In this document: one piece after another, positions 51,347-60,755 of the stretch
Layout of the letters: the number at the start of each line of letters is the position of its first letter
How positions within the stretch are numbered: the stretch's first letter is position 1
Virus record (IMG/VR): IMGVR_UViG_3300011008_002712
Strand: one strand, 5' to 3'
Length of the DNA: 64,000 nt
Source of the DNA: a virus
Taxonomy: Duplodnaviria > Caudoviricetes
The notes under the pieces: model-generated
What the model was told of the DNA's origin: nothing
Databases searched by the model: none
Seen by the model: the letters and a program-made list of their open reading frames with translations, nothing else
Position numbers and translations under genes: made by a program

Positions 51347-51609
51347 GAATCACGAAGACATATATAAGAAAAAATTTTGAATTCTTAAAAATAGAACTAG
51401 AATTTCCAAAACAATCTTATAACATTGTTGAATTAAGATGCACATATTTTAAAGAAAAAATGTATCAAATTCATTTTTATATGTGGTTAGATGGGTATGA
51501 ACAAACTATCAAAGAAAATATAAGAAATAAAAAATTAGCAAACAATTTGTGCTTAGCGATAAAAGAAAATGACATGATGAAAATAGTCGTGTTAGAAAGG
51601 GGTTTGTGA
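51343..51609 (+). CDS. hypothetical protein, GL-tail group
   Basis: Ends IVVLERGL*. Confidence 0.8.
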   Translation: MRITKTYIRKNFEFLKIELEFPKQSYNIVELRCTYFKEKMYQIHFYMWLDGYEQTIKENIRNKKLANNLCLAIKENDMMKIVVLERGL

Positions 51610-51830
51610 TGGTCATATACTACATGTCTGTAAAGGATTTTGAAGAAAAAATATGGAAAACTCAGGGAGTAAGAATAAGAACTGGCATAGACTTAAAATC
51701 TAAAATTATAGCACATGAATCTGTATTCAAAAGAGTCAAAGATGCTGTGACTGTTGACGATTTTAAAAAATTTTTGTACAGACATATAAAAGTATTGCAA
51801 AATAAACGAATTCAAAAAATAAGCAATTGA
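51606..51830 (+). CDS. hypothetical protein
   Basis: 74-aa ORF; MSV.DFE.KIW..QGVRI. Confidence 0.65.
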   Translation: MMVIYYMSVKDFEEKIWKTQGVRIRTGIDLKSKIIAHESVFKRVKDAVTVDDFKKFLYRHIKVLQNKRIQKISN

Positions 51831-51844
51831 AAGTTGGACAGTAA

Positions 51845-52573
51845 ATGATATATTTGATTACTGATACTCATCTTGGACATGAAAACATAAAACATTTGTG
51901 TGATAGGCCAGATAATTTTTCAGAATTAATCATAGAAAATTGGAAAAATATTGTATCTAATAATGACACAGTATTTCATCTTGGTGATATTGCATTTGGA
52001 GATGATTGGCTAAAAAAACTATTAGAATTGCCAGGCAAAAAAATTCTGATACGTGGAAATCATGATCAAAAATCAACTTTTGGATATATAAATGAAGGAT
52101 TTGATTTTGTCTGCAATGATTTTTCTGCAAAAATAGAAGGATTAGATATATTATTCAGCCATCACCCAAGATACTTTCATCATCATGACATTAACATACA
52201 TGGGCACATGCATAATCTTTCTAGAGAAGATTTTTCTTGTCTTCATCTTCCATTAAGTCTTGAAAACATGAATTATCAGTTAATACAATTCGATAAAAGT
52301 TTTGTCAATTCTATCAGAAAATGGAAGACTAATACTCAAACTCTTTCTGACATCATGGAACTTGGTCAGGGAGCTTTAGAACCAAGAGATGTAGATTTAT
52401 ATGGCCCGTCTAAAAATAAAGAAATCCATGAATTTAGAATATATAGAAGAACGAAAATGAAAGCATTAATAGATAAGCATTCTATTAATTACGAAAAAAA
52501 TAGAGATATTTTTGAAAAATATTTTGCTAATCCAGATTTATCAGAAAAAGAATTTTTAGAAAAATTTAATTAA
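51845..52573 (+). CDS. calcineurin-like metallophosphoesterase
   Basis: TDTHLGH, HLGD, RGNHD, FSHHP, IHGHMH. Confidence 0.9.
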   Translation: MIYLITDTHLGHENIKHLCDRPDNFSELIIENWKNIVSNNDTVFHLGDIAFGDDWLKKLLELPGKKILIRGNHDQKSTFGYINEGFDFVCNDFSAKIEGLDILFSHHPRYFHHHDINIHGHMHNLSREDFSCLHLPLSLENMNYQLIQFDKSFVNSIRKWKTNTQTLSDIMELGQGALEPRDVDLYGPSKNKEIHEFRIYRRTKMKALIDKHSINYEKNRDIFEKYFANPDLSEKEFLEKFN

Positions 52574-52715
52574 ACTATTTACATATGATACAAAATATGT
52601 TATAATGAAGATAAAATATACAATATTGTTTCAATGAAATGGGCTAACTTGTTATATATGTACAACAAAAAGTAAAAACCAGATACATCCATTATAAACA
52701 TATTGAATAAATAAG

Positions 52716-53570
52716 GTGAAAACGATGATTGAAATTACTCAGCAATTTCATAACATTTTATACAACCAAATAGAGCAACTTCAATCTAAAAACAAAGTCA
52801 TTTTTGTAAAAGATTTCAATGGATTAGGCGAATATGAAATGAATTATATTCATGTTTTAAAATTGAAACCTCCAGTCAAAAATGTTGGGAAAATTGAAAA
52901 ACTAAATAACATAAATGAAAACAACTGCATATATATCTTGTGCACCTTGTTTATTGACAATTGTGAATATGTTGAATTCAAAAAAATTGAAAATAAATCA
53001 TATGACTATGAAATTGTTTTGCATGTTATTCCTAACAATTCACGCAAATTGCAGCACAAACTTAATTTAATAAGCAACTATTATTTATACGGAGAACAAG
53101 AAATTGCTTGTTTTTTTTATGAAACTGAATATAAAAATGATTGCAGTTTGTTAAATAAAAATAGTAACATTATTAACAAAAGACAAAAATACGGGAAAAT
53201 GTTTTATGATTTTTTAGTAAAAAACATAGATCCGATTCAAAAGAATAATAAAATTGCGTTATTGCATTCCAACTTTATGAATCATTATATTTTTTCTCAT
53301 GGATGGAAAATTAAGAAAAACATAAGAAAATTTGTGACAAAACAAGTAAATAATGAGTGGTTACAAATACATTGTAATTTAGAAAAAAATGATACAACAT
53401 CATTTGAATTCAAAGACAACAAAATCATCGCCTATGTTGAAGAAAATTGTTTTAATGATATTATCATATCAATGAAATGGGCTAGTTCATTGTATATGTA
53501 TAATGAAAAGTGGGAACCAGATACTCATTTTTTAGATAAATTTGGGATAAATAGCATTAATGTAATTTAA
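52716..53570 (+). CDS. hypothetical protein
   Basis: 284-aa ORF. Confidence 0.75.
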   Translation: MKTMIEITQQFHNILYNQIEQLQSKNKVIFVKDFNGLGEYEMNYIHVLKLKPPVKNVGKIEKLNNINENNCIYILCTLFIDNCEYVEFKKIENKSYDYEIVLHVIPNNSRKLQHKLNLISNYYLYGEQEIACFFYETEYKNDCSLLNKNSNIINKRQKYGKMFYDFLVKNIDPIQKNNKIALLHSNFMNHYIFSHGWKIKKNIRKFVTKQVNNEWLQIHCNLEKNDTTSFEFKDNKIIAYVEENCFNDIIISMKWASSLYMYNEKWEPDTHFLDKFGINSINVI

Positions 53571-53580
53571 TGAGGCAAAA

Positions 53581-54081
53581 ATGAAACGATTAAAAAAATT
53601 AAAAACTAAATTGATAAAACAAATTCTATCTAGATGTGCCTTGGCGCCAAATTTAATTTCTTTAGATGAAATAAAGGATTGTGCATCATCACAAGGCTAT
53701 GATTTTTTATTTAATGAAACAAAATATAAGAAAAAGTCTGGAAACGATTATGCAGATGAATTTTCTTATGCAGCAACAATTATTAATGGAGAATTTCAAT
53801 GTTGTTTAGCAGAATATCATGAATACGAATGTATTGACAAAAACGACGCCAATTATGGTATTTTATTTACTATCGTTGCTATAGCTCCGATGAATGAACA
53901 AACACATCAAGCAGAAAACGGTTTTTTATCTATACAAATTTTTAAAAATTCAGCAATATATGTAAAAAATAACATATCTTGTATTAATAACCTTTATAAA
54001 ACTTTTTTAGATGAACCAGAAGACGAATCAGGAGATTATTTTAAATTTAAGCAAGAAATAAACGAAAAGATAAAAGAATGA
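53581..54081 (+). CDS. hypothetical protein
   Basis: 166-aa ORF starting MKRLKKLK. Confidence 0.75.
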   Translation: MKRLKKLKTKLIKQILSRCALAPNLISLDEIKDCASSQGYDFLFNETKYKKKSGNDYADEFSYAATIINGEFQCCLAEYHEYECIDKNDANYGILFTIVAIAPMNEQTHQAENGFLSIQIFKNSAIYVKNNISCINNLYKTFLDEPEDESGDYFKFKQEINEKIKE

Positions 54082-54170
54082 TTTGATCCTTATTTTTCAA
54101 TGTTCAATTTATGATTACTCAATTAGACGATTTTAAATACATAATTTATTAAAATGAAAGGAATGACAAC

Positions 54171-54854
54171 ATGTTTCAAGAATCACTAAATATTTTTATG
54201 CCATTAGAAAAAAATGTCGATTCATATCCATTAGATCATCTTATTGAGATGATTAATGAACATGGATTATTTGAATCTGAGCATTCTATGGCTATATCAT
54301 CTATTGATCATTACAGAAAATCTATTGTAAGAAATTATAATGCGAAAATTGATGTTTTTCAATGCATATTAAATGCTTTTGATGTTAACAACTTAAAAAT
54401 TCCAGTAATTTTTGATGATGAAATCAAAACGCTTGAATTTTTAACATCGTTGAAGTTAAATAAAACGATAAAGTTTTATAAAAACTATATAAAAGCAAAA
54501 GAAAATTACGATAATGCTATTGAAATGAAGCAGGACATTCAATTAGATGACAATATGATGACACAAAAAGAATATGCTAGAGCAGTATTGGATGCTAAAT
54601 TACAAGCATTTCATGAATCATCAAATCTTCATAAATTAGATTTTGAATCTAAAGTGCAGTTTTGTATTTTCCAAGAAAAGGTCTCAGAGACAGATGTATA
54701 TAAAAAATTGAAAAAATATCTTCAAAAACAAATTAAAGCATACCAGAAAAAAATAAAGCAAATTAATTCACTCGCAGAAGATGCTATTGATAGCATTGAA
54801 AATGATGAAGATATTGTTGAGAAAATCAATGATTTAAAGGAGTTTAAGCAATGA
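54171..54854 (+). CDS. coiled-coil hypothetical protein
   Basis: 227-aa ORF. Confidence 0.75.
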   Translation: MFQESLNIFMPLEKNVDSYPLDHLIEMINEHGLFESEHSMAISSIDHYRKSIVRNYNAKIDVFQCILNAFDVNNLKIPVIFDDEIKTLEFLTSLKLNKTIKFYKNYIKAKENYDNAIEMKQDIQLDDNMMTQKEYARAVLDAKLQAFHESSNLHKLDFESKVQFCIFQEKVSETDVYKKLKKYLQKQIKAYQKKIKQINSLAEDAIDSIENDEDIVEKINDLKEFKQ

Positions 54855-55639
54855 AATATATAAATGTATTGAATCATACATATGCTTCTTTGAGCGAAAA
54901 ATTGTTTTCCATTATTTATGATCTTTATCATACACCTTATGAAAACGATCTAAACGATTTCATGGAAGAATCTAAAAAAACATTAAGAAAACTTCTTTTC
55001 AACACACCAGAACAAATTGATGAAAGTGATTATGCATATCATAAACTTAATAATATTATTTATTATCAAAATGGTTTGTGCGAGTGCAATAATAAATATA
55101 TTGATCTTGGAACATTTACTCCGAAATCCAATATTGTCGAAGAAAACATAAGAAAAGTGCCAGATAATGCGGATGAAATTCTTAAATATGCAGAAAATAT
55201 TAGCCACATACATCCATTAGTAGCTTGCCAATTATTTAATTTTGCAAATCCCAATTATAAATTTAAACGTCTCTATAATGGATATAGAGGCAGTTTTGAA
55301 CGCATTATACATAATTGTGAAGTTATACAAAAAGAATTAAACGATCCTAATTCTAGCATGAATGATAGAAAAAAAGAGATCTACAACGATGGTAAGAAAA
55401 TAGCACTAGACATTATGTATCAGATTGTGTCAGATCATCATAATATAGTGCTGATAGATACTAATCATCTAGATGATTTCATAAAGACATATGATGAAAA
55501 ATATTTTGTATATAGCATGAATTTCACTTATGACGAAGAAAATTTTGTAGAATGCGGTAATATTATCATAGACTTCTTAAGAAATCAAAATGATGAAGTA
55601 ATAGATATCGCTGGAAGAATGAGAATATTAGACAGATGA
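54851..55639 (+). CDS. hypothetical protein
   Basis: 262-aa ORF, RBS AGGAG. Confidence 0.75.
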   Translation: MKYINVLNHTYASLSEKLFSIIYDLYHTPYENDLNDFMEESKKTLRKLLFNTPEQIDESDYAYHKLNNIIYYQNGLCECNNKYIDLGTFTPKSNIVEENIRKVPDNADEILKYAENISHIHPLVACQLFNFANPNYKFKRLYNGYRGSFERIIHNCEVIQKELNDPNSSMNDRKKEIYNDGKKIALDIMYQIVSDHHNIVLIDTNHLDDFIKTYDEKYFVYSMNFTYDEENFVECGNIIIDFLRNQNDEVIDIAGRMRILDR

Positions 55640-55980
55640 ATCTAGAACAAATAGTAAAACAAAAATTATTTCTTGCATTAAGAAAAAATCAAATGGTGTG
55701 CAATGAAATAAATTATTTGTATAATGAAAAAATTGATTATAATAGAAGCTATGATTTTTATGTGAGTAATCAATTATACATAAACGCTGAATTTCATAGA
55801 ATCACAGAGAACAGCGATTACACGATTAAAATCATGTTTGATACTGTTATCATATCATCATTTTCTAATTGTTCAAAAAATACATTTCATATAAATGAAA
55901 TTACAGATCATCCATTCTATCATTCTCTAATGATGATACATGATTTTAATGAAAAACGTATATATTTATATGGATTGTGA
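55636..55980 (+). CDS. hypothetical protein, GL-tail group
   Basis: Ends KRIYLYGL*. Confidence 0.8.
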   Translation: MNLEQIVKQKLFLALRKNQMVCNEINYLYNEKIDYNRSYDFYVSNQLYINAEFHRITENSDYTIKIMFDTVIISSFSNCSKNTFHINEITDHPFYHSLMMIHDFNEKRIYLYGL

Positions 55981-56067
55981 AAAATAATGCACCAGACAAG
56001 GTTCTGGTGTAAATTTTTTAATGATTAGATTGACATTCTAAAAAATTAATGTAAAGTGGTGAAATAA

Positions 56068-56571
56068 ATGCCAGAAAAAACATGTAAGTTTGATTTTACT
56101 AGTTTTGGTTATTCTGTTATTGATGTAGCTAACTTCTTTTTAGCTATAGAAAAACATGAAATTCAAGAACAGATAACTCATCTCAAACTACAAAAATTAG
56201 TTTATTATTCTCAAGGAGCATCATTAGCTTTTTATAAGAAAACACTTTTCAACGAAGAAATTCAAGCTTGGTTGCACGGTCCTGTTTGTCCAAAACTTTA
56301 TGAATTTTTTGGATATAAAAACGATTTTCTTGATTTAAAAGGAACTGATAAAGAAAAAGTTTTGTCTTTATTCAGCAAAAACAAAAATGTTGAAAAGATA
56401 CTTATGGATTTATGGAGAGCTTTCGGAAGTTATAGTGGTTCAAGACTAGAAAACATGACTCATCAAGAAACAACATGGTTAGATGCTATAAGACATGGAA
56501 AAAGCACAGTAATTACTCCAGAAGCGATGTACAATTACTTTGTGCAGTTTCTACCAGAAGAAAATCTTTAA
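56068..56571 (+). CDS. Panacea (DUF4065/SocA-like) antitoxin-domain protein
   Basis: VANFFL...ITHLKLQKLVYYSQG...IQAWLHGPV...LENMTHQE..W. Confidence 0.9.
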   Translation: MPEKTCKFDFTSFGYSVIDVANFFLAIEKHEIQEQITHLKLQKLVYYSQGASLAFYKKTLFNEEIQAWLHGPVCPKLYEFFGYKNDFLDLKGTDKEKVLSLFSKNKNVEKILMDLWRAFGSYSGSRLENMTHQETTWLDAIRHGKSTVITPEAMYNYFVQFLPEENL

Positions 56572-56614
56572 AATAAAAAGAGGCTGAGAATTTTGTTCTC
56601 AACCTCTTCTATAT

Positions 56615-56914
56615 TTATCTGTGATCGTATCGTTTCACCATGCCATTTGGATATCTTAACATGATCCCAGAAAATATAGCGTTGTTGTCCCAGCTTTTTT
56701 TATTATGTTCTGAAATGTAATTAAGAGCAAAACTGATTGCTTCGTCTCTTACTTTTTCAAATCCATACTCAACTGGAAATTTTTTGTTGATAATACTTCT
56801 TTCTGTCATTGCTGGCCAGTCATCAAGACTCTTTTTTGGCTTAACCATGATTGCACAATCGATTTGAGGAACACCGTGACAAGAATCTGAATAAACGCTT
56901 GAGTCATATAACAT
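56615..56914 (-). CDS. hypothetical protein
   Basis: 99-aa ORF, RBS GAGGGG. Confidence 0.75.
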   Translation of the reverse strand: MLYDSSVYSDSCHGVPQIDCAIMVKPKKSLDDWPAMTERSIINKKFPVEYGFEKVRDEAISFALNYISEHNKKSWDNNAIFSGIMLRYPNGMVKRYDHR

Positions 56915-56926
56915 TGATTTTCCCCC

Positions 56927-57268
56927 TCAGTTATTTTGCTTATAATTAGCTGCTTCTGTAACTACTTCTTGTTCTGAAACAAAGCTATAAAAAATTGGTT
57001 TATTATATAATTGTTTTAATGTATCATCCAGTTCAGATATTTCTTCGCTAACATCAAAAATATCATCATTGTTCCATGATGCATCAAGTCGTTCTTTTAT
57101 CAAACGTATCATTTCTTGTCGTGATGCGTACAAGATGATTACAGAATTTCCTGTAATAAGATGAACTTGTAACGCACAAAGCTGAGGATTTTTATCATCG
57201 GCAGCAAATGAATATGCAAGAATTTTATCTTTTGGAATACTGTGCACAGGGGTTACAATTAAATTCAT
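56927..57268 (-). CDS. hypothetical protein
   Basis: 113-aa ORF, RBS AGGAG. Confidence 0.75.
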   Translation of the reverse strand: MNLIVTPVHSIPKDKILAYSFAADDKNPQLCALQVHLITGNSVIILYASRQEMIRLIKERLDASWNNDDIFDVSEEISELDDTLKQLYNKPIFYSFVSEQEVVTEAANYKQNN

Positions 57269-57280
57269 GTTTGTCTCCTT

Positions 57281-57541
57281 TTATGAAATATTTCCATTGC
57301 TGGCAACTCGCCGCAAAGAACGTCCATCGCCATTATACATGATTTCTACATCATAATACGTTGGCAAACTTTCGAGTTGTGATTTGATGTCTCCAGCTGT
57401 CATCCCATAACTGTCACCAGAGACTACCAATCTTGCACAAGAACCAAGATCATCAACTCTCAAAATTCCCAAGTCGTTATATTTAATCTCTGTCCCATAA
57501 CTGACATTGCCAAATTCTCTAGCAGCAGTTTGAATGTTCAT
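57281..57541 (-). CDS. hypothetical protein
   Basis: Start MNIQTAA after AGGAGG. Confidence 0.7.
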   Translation of the reverse strand: MNIQTAAREFGNVSYGTEIKYNDLGILRVDDLGSCARLVVSGDSYGMTAGDIKSQLESLPTYYDVEIMYNGDGRSLRRVASNGNIS

Positions 57542-57554
57542 AACCATCCTCCTT

Positions 57555-58055
57555 TTAAAAGCATTTATATTTGTCATCAATCAAATATTTAGTTATTTTT
57601 CGTTCTGCCCAATCGCAGTCAGATTCATCACTCCCCATAATAAGCATGCTTTTGTCATTAAATAAAAATTGCTTAATTAATTCTTTGCTTTTTAAGATAT
57701 CAATCAGCGCATCGTTTTCATCTGGTGCAGATTGATGATCTATATAAGCATCAAAATCTTCAATATCCTTTTTTATTTGTTTAAAATCTAAATGGCATTT
57801 AGTTTGCTCAAAAAATATATCGTCTATATTCTTAAGATATGTTTCGTCTTTTGAATAAAGAGCAGCGATACAAATAAAATTCAATTTGCTGTTGAAATCA
57901 TGAAATTCTTCCCATGTCCTGCCAAATTCTTTTGAACCGCTTTTGCCAACAGCATAAATATTGTTAATATTTTTTTTATAATTAATGTCATTTTTGCATA
58001 TCGCTATAAAACTAGACGAAGAAGAATTTGTTACAAAATCATATCTTATTTTCAT
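57555..58055 (-). CDS. FVTNSSSSSF-motif protein
   Basis: MKIRYDFVTNSSSSSFI. Confidence 0.8.
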   Translation of the reverse strand: MKIRYDFVTNSSSSSFIAICKNDINYKKNINNIYAVGKSGSKEFGRTWEEFHDFNSKLNFICIAALYSKDETYLKNIDDIFFEQTKCHLDFKQIKKDIEDFDAYIDHQSAPDENDALIDILKSKELIKQFLFNDKSMLIMGSDESDCDWAERKITKYLIDDKYKCF

Positions 58056-58399
58056 TAACAAAAACCTCCAAATTTTATGTTTTCTGTGTTTTTGAATTCC
58101 AACTCATAAAATATGATATCGAGATCGTTATCCGATTCATTTGTTACTTCTTGAACACTAACATTCCAATTATTAAGCTTCATATTACAAGATTTGTTAT
58201 TTCGACGTATATATGTCTTTAAATTTTCTTTAATGTCTTTTATAGAAGATTCAAGATAGTTACTTTTTTTGACAGAGCTAATTTGCTTTGAATTAATCTT
58301 AATAAAATTTTCTATCTCTTCTTCAGTAACGTTATCGTTTGTAGCAATAATAAAAGATGAACTAGAAGAATTTGTAACAAAGTCTTTTCTAAATTTCAT
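58055..58399 (-). CDS. FVTNSSSSSF-motif protein
   Basis: MKFRKDFVTNSSSSSFI. Confidence 0.8.
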   Translation of the reverse strand: MKFRKDFVTNSSSSSFIIATNDNVTEEEIENFIKINSKQISSVKKSNYLESSIKDIKENLKTYIRRNNKSCNMKLNNWNVSVQEVTNESDNDLDIIFYELEFKNTENIKFGGFC

Positions 58400-58457
58400 A
58401 TCTTATCATCCTTTAGAATAGAGAACTAAAATTTTTTCCTCTTATTACAAAGGTTGG

Positions 58458-58751
58458 TTACCTTGACGGGTTCCAAAAAGACCAATTACCTTGACATGCT
58501 CCCAAATATTTTTCAATTATTTTAGCTTCTTTGTCTGAAATGGTATTGATAGTAAAAGCATTGACAAAATGCTTTATTGAATTGTACCAAACTTCTTGGT
58601 TAGAACCACAAGAAAAACAATATTCTTTGTCATTTTCATCTTTAAGAATCTCATCAAATGTTTTGTATGTATAACCTCTTTCAGCAAGATCATCAAGTAT
58701 ATAATTCTTTTTCGTTATTGTAAATACAATATCCAAACAAATCCATTTCAT
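58458..58751 (-). CDS. hypothetical protein
   Basis: 97-aa ORF; start uncertain. Confidence 0.55.
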   Translation of the reverse strand: MKWICLDIVFTITKKNYILDDLAERGYTYKTFDEILKDENDKEYCFSCGSNQEVWYNSIKHFVNAFTINTISDKEAKIIEKYLGACQGNWSFWNPSR

Positions 58752-58799
58752 CAGCCCAATTGCCTTTATATGTAACTAAAACCATAACTTTTCTCCTCT

Positions 58800-59441
58800 T
58801 TAAAATTTATTATCAATAATAAAAACTTCTTCAAATCCTTCTTCTTTTTTAGGAAGAGATTCAAATTTTTTCATTTGCTCAATAACTTCTCTAGGAACAT
58901 AACGGCCATAAACGTCTTCTCCATTGTAAGTATCTACTACTGTTGCAGCTCGTTTTTCTACTCCTCTATAACATTCGTCAACTGTTTTGTTAATGTATAT
59001 GGAGTAAATAGGGATTCTCTTGTTAATTCTTTGTATTTCGGTTTTTCTTTGCTTTGAATTAAAGTAAGTTGCATCAAAAATGATGCCTTTGCAGTTTGAA
59101 AAATCAATAGTATGCAAATAATCTTTTGCATATAATTGATTCTGCACAGACATCTTAGAATCGTCAATATAAGAAATTACTAAATGTTTCGCAAAATAGC
59201 TGTTTATCATAGACTCAATAACAGGATGAACATCTCTATTGAATTTCATGAGATATTCATCCAAAAGTGTCTCAGGTTTGTCTCCATATTTTCTACGTGC
59301 AAGTTCATAACGAATTACGTCTTTACAAATATAAAGAAAATCTTTATTCACAAATGTGCTTGCAATGGTAGACTTTCCAGCACCAGGAAGACCACCAAGA
59401 ATAATTGCGATATTATCAATATTCAGCAATTTATTGTACAT
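58800..59441 (-). CDS. P-loop kinase (polynucleotide-kinase-like, AAA_33)
   Basis: GLPGAGKST, D.IR, IFDAT...R, R...VP..VI. Confidence 0.82.
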   Translation of the reverse strand: MYNKLLNIDNIAIILGGLPGAGKSTIASTFVNKDFLYICKDVIRYELARRKYGDKPETLLDEYLMKFNRDVHPVIESMINSYFAKHLVISYIDDSKMSVQNQLYAKDYLHTIDFSNCKGIIFDATYFNSKQRKTEIQRINKRIPIYSIYINKTVDECYRGVEKRAATVVDTYNGEDVYGRYVPREVIEQMKKFESLPKKEEGFEEVFIIDNKF

Positions 59442-59508
59442 TTGTTTTCACCTCTTATATATTATATCACATATAAAAACAAAAGTACACAACGATTTAC
59501 TTAAAAAT

Positions 59509-60063
59509 TTAACTTGTTGCAATAAAGTCTTGGAACATTTTGTAGTATTTGTTTTTGTCATAATCTTCTTTATTTAGATATTGAGAAAAAGTTTCATAAT
59601 ATGTTTTATTTGTTTTTCCAACATTGTCTATTGATTTCCATGGATGAAAATTTTCATTTTTAAAAAAAAGAATAGCGCCGTAATTCATATACCTTTGGTA
59701 TTCAAAAAATTTATCATCTGGTAATGTCACTTTTAGTTTATAGTGATTGTCAGTTTTTAATAACAAAATTTCTATTTTTTCATCAACGAATAAATCGCAT
59801 TCAATGTATATGTTTTTATCATCAAAATCAAGTGTGTTGCCATCATAATTAAAAATTCCAGAAATGGCTACGTTTTTATCCTTTGAAAATCGTTCTGGTG
59901 TTATGAACATGTCATACTCGTGAATTAAAAAAACGACATTCGATTGTTTTGTTAACGGTTGGATTTTGTTTTTCATAAACATATAGAAAAATTTGCTTAA
60001 CTCATTGTTTATGTAATTGTCTATGAGAAAATCTTTTTCATTTTGATCGAGTTTTAATTTCAT
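59509..60063 (-). CDS. hypothetical protein
   Basis: 184-aa ORF, RBS GAGG. Confidence 0.75.
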   Translation of the reverse strand: MKLKLDQNEKDFLIDNYINNELSKFFYMFMKNKIQPLTKQSNVVFLIHEYDMFITPERFSKDKNVAISGIFNYDGNTLDFDDKNIYIECDLFVDEKIEILLLKTDNHYKLKVTLPDDKFFEYQRYMNYGAILFFKNENFHPWKSIDNVGKTNKTYYETFSQYLNKEDYDKNKYYKMFQDFIATS

Positions 60064-60102
60064 TTTTGTCCTCAGTACGATTTACTCAAAATAAATTTCA
60101 AA

Positions 60103-60753
60103 TTAATACTGCTTTTTATCTGTTTTTACTGCTTTTATAGAATCTAAAAACATTAGATATATGAGTTCTCTTTCTATTACAAACGTCTCATATCTTTTGC
60201 CAAGTTCTTTAAATTTGCTTAATTTTTCGGGAAATTTATTATGTTTGTCAATGTGGGTGAAAATTTGTCGCGGTTTGTACATATCTCTCATTTGATCTTT
60301 TGAAATATATCTTCTTTCGTTTCCACTTATGATAAGGTAATCACATGTTTTTAGCTTTTTTAAATTTGGAATATGTCCATTATTCCAAGTATTGTGTCTT
60401 ATAGCATATAAACATTCTTGTTGAGAAAAACATTTGTCATTAGAAAAAAATTTACAAATAAAATAACTTAATTCATCATCTTTATGTTCTTCAATATATT
60501 TAATAAAATTTTCTTCTGCTGGCCTAATTAAAGATCTTAATCGTTTTTCGATATATTCTTCATATAAACATGCTACACTTCCGGAAAATGAACGTCCCCA
60601 GTCTATGTTATTGATTATGTCACTTATCATGTCTTTATCATCTTTCATAAATTTTTTGATTGCATATTCTGTGTAATGTTTTTTGATAAAATTATTGATG
60701 CTATAACTAAAATCATAAGTATCAAATTTTCTAAAAAAAGCATGTAAGTTCAT
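60103..60753 (-). CDS. hypothetical protein
   Basis: 216-aa ORF. Confidence 0.75.
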   Translation of the reverse strand: MNLHAFFRKFDTYDFSYSINNFIKKHYTEYAIKKFMKDDKDMISDIINNIDWGRSFSGSVACLYEEYIEKRLRSLIRPAEENFIKYIEEHKDDELSYFICKFFSNDKCFSQQECLYAIRHNTWNNGHIPNLKKLKTCDYLIISGNERRYISKDQMRDMYKPRQIFTHIDKHNKFPEKLSKFKELGKRYETFVIERELIYLMFLDSIKAVKTDKKQY

Positions 60754-60755
60754 GT

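Noticed and set aside
50844-51609. GL tail as a by-product of a Shine-Dalgarno/ATGA coupling sequence (GGATTATGA)
   Set aside because: The GGA is only 2 nt from the ATG, too close for an SD. The tail also occurs with GGC/GGT/GGG, CTA/TTG and TAA/TAG, and on genes with no overlapping downstream gene.
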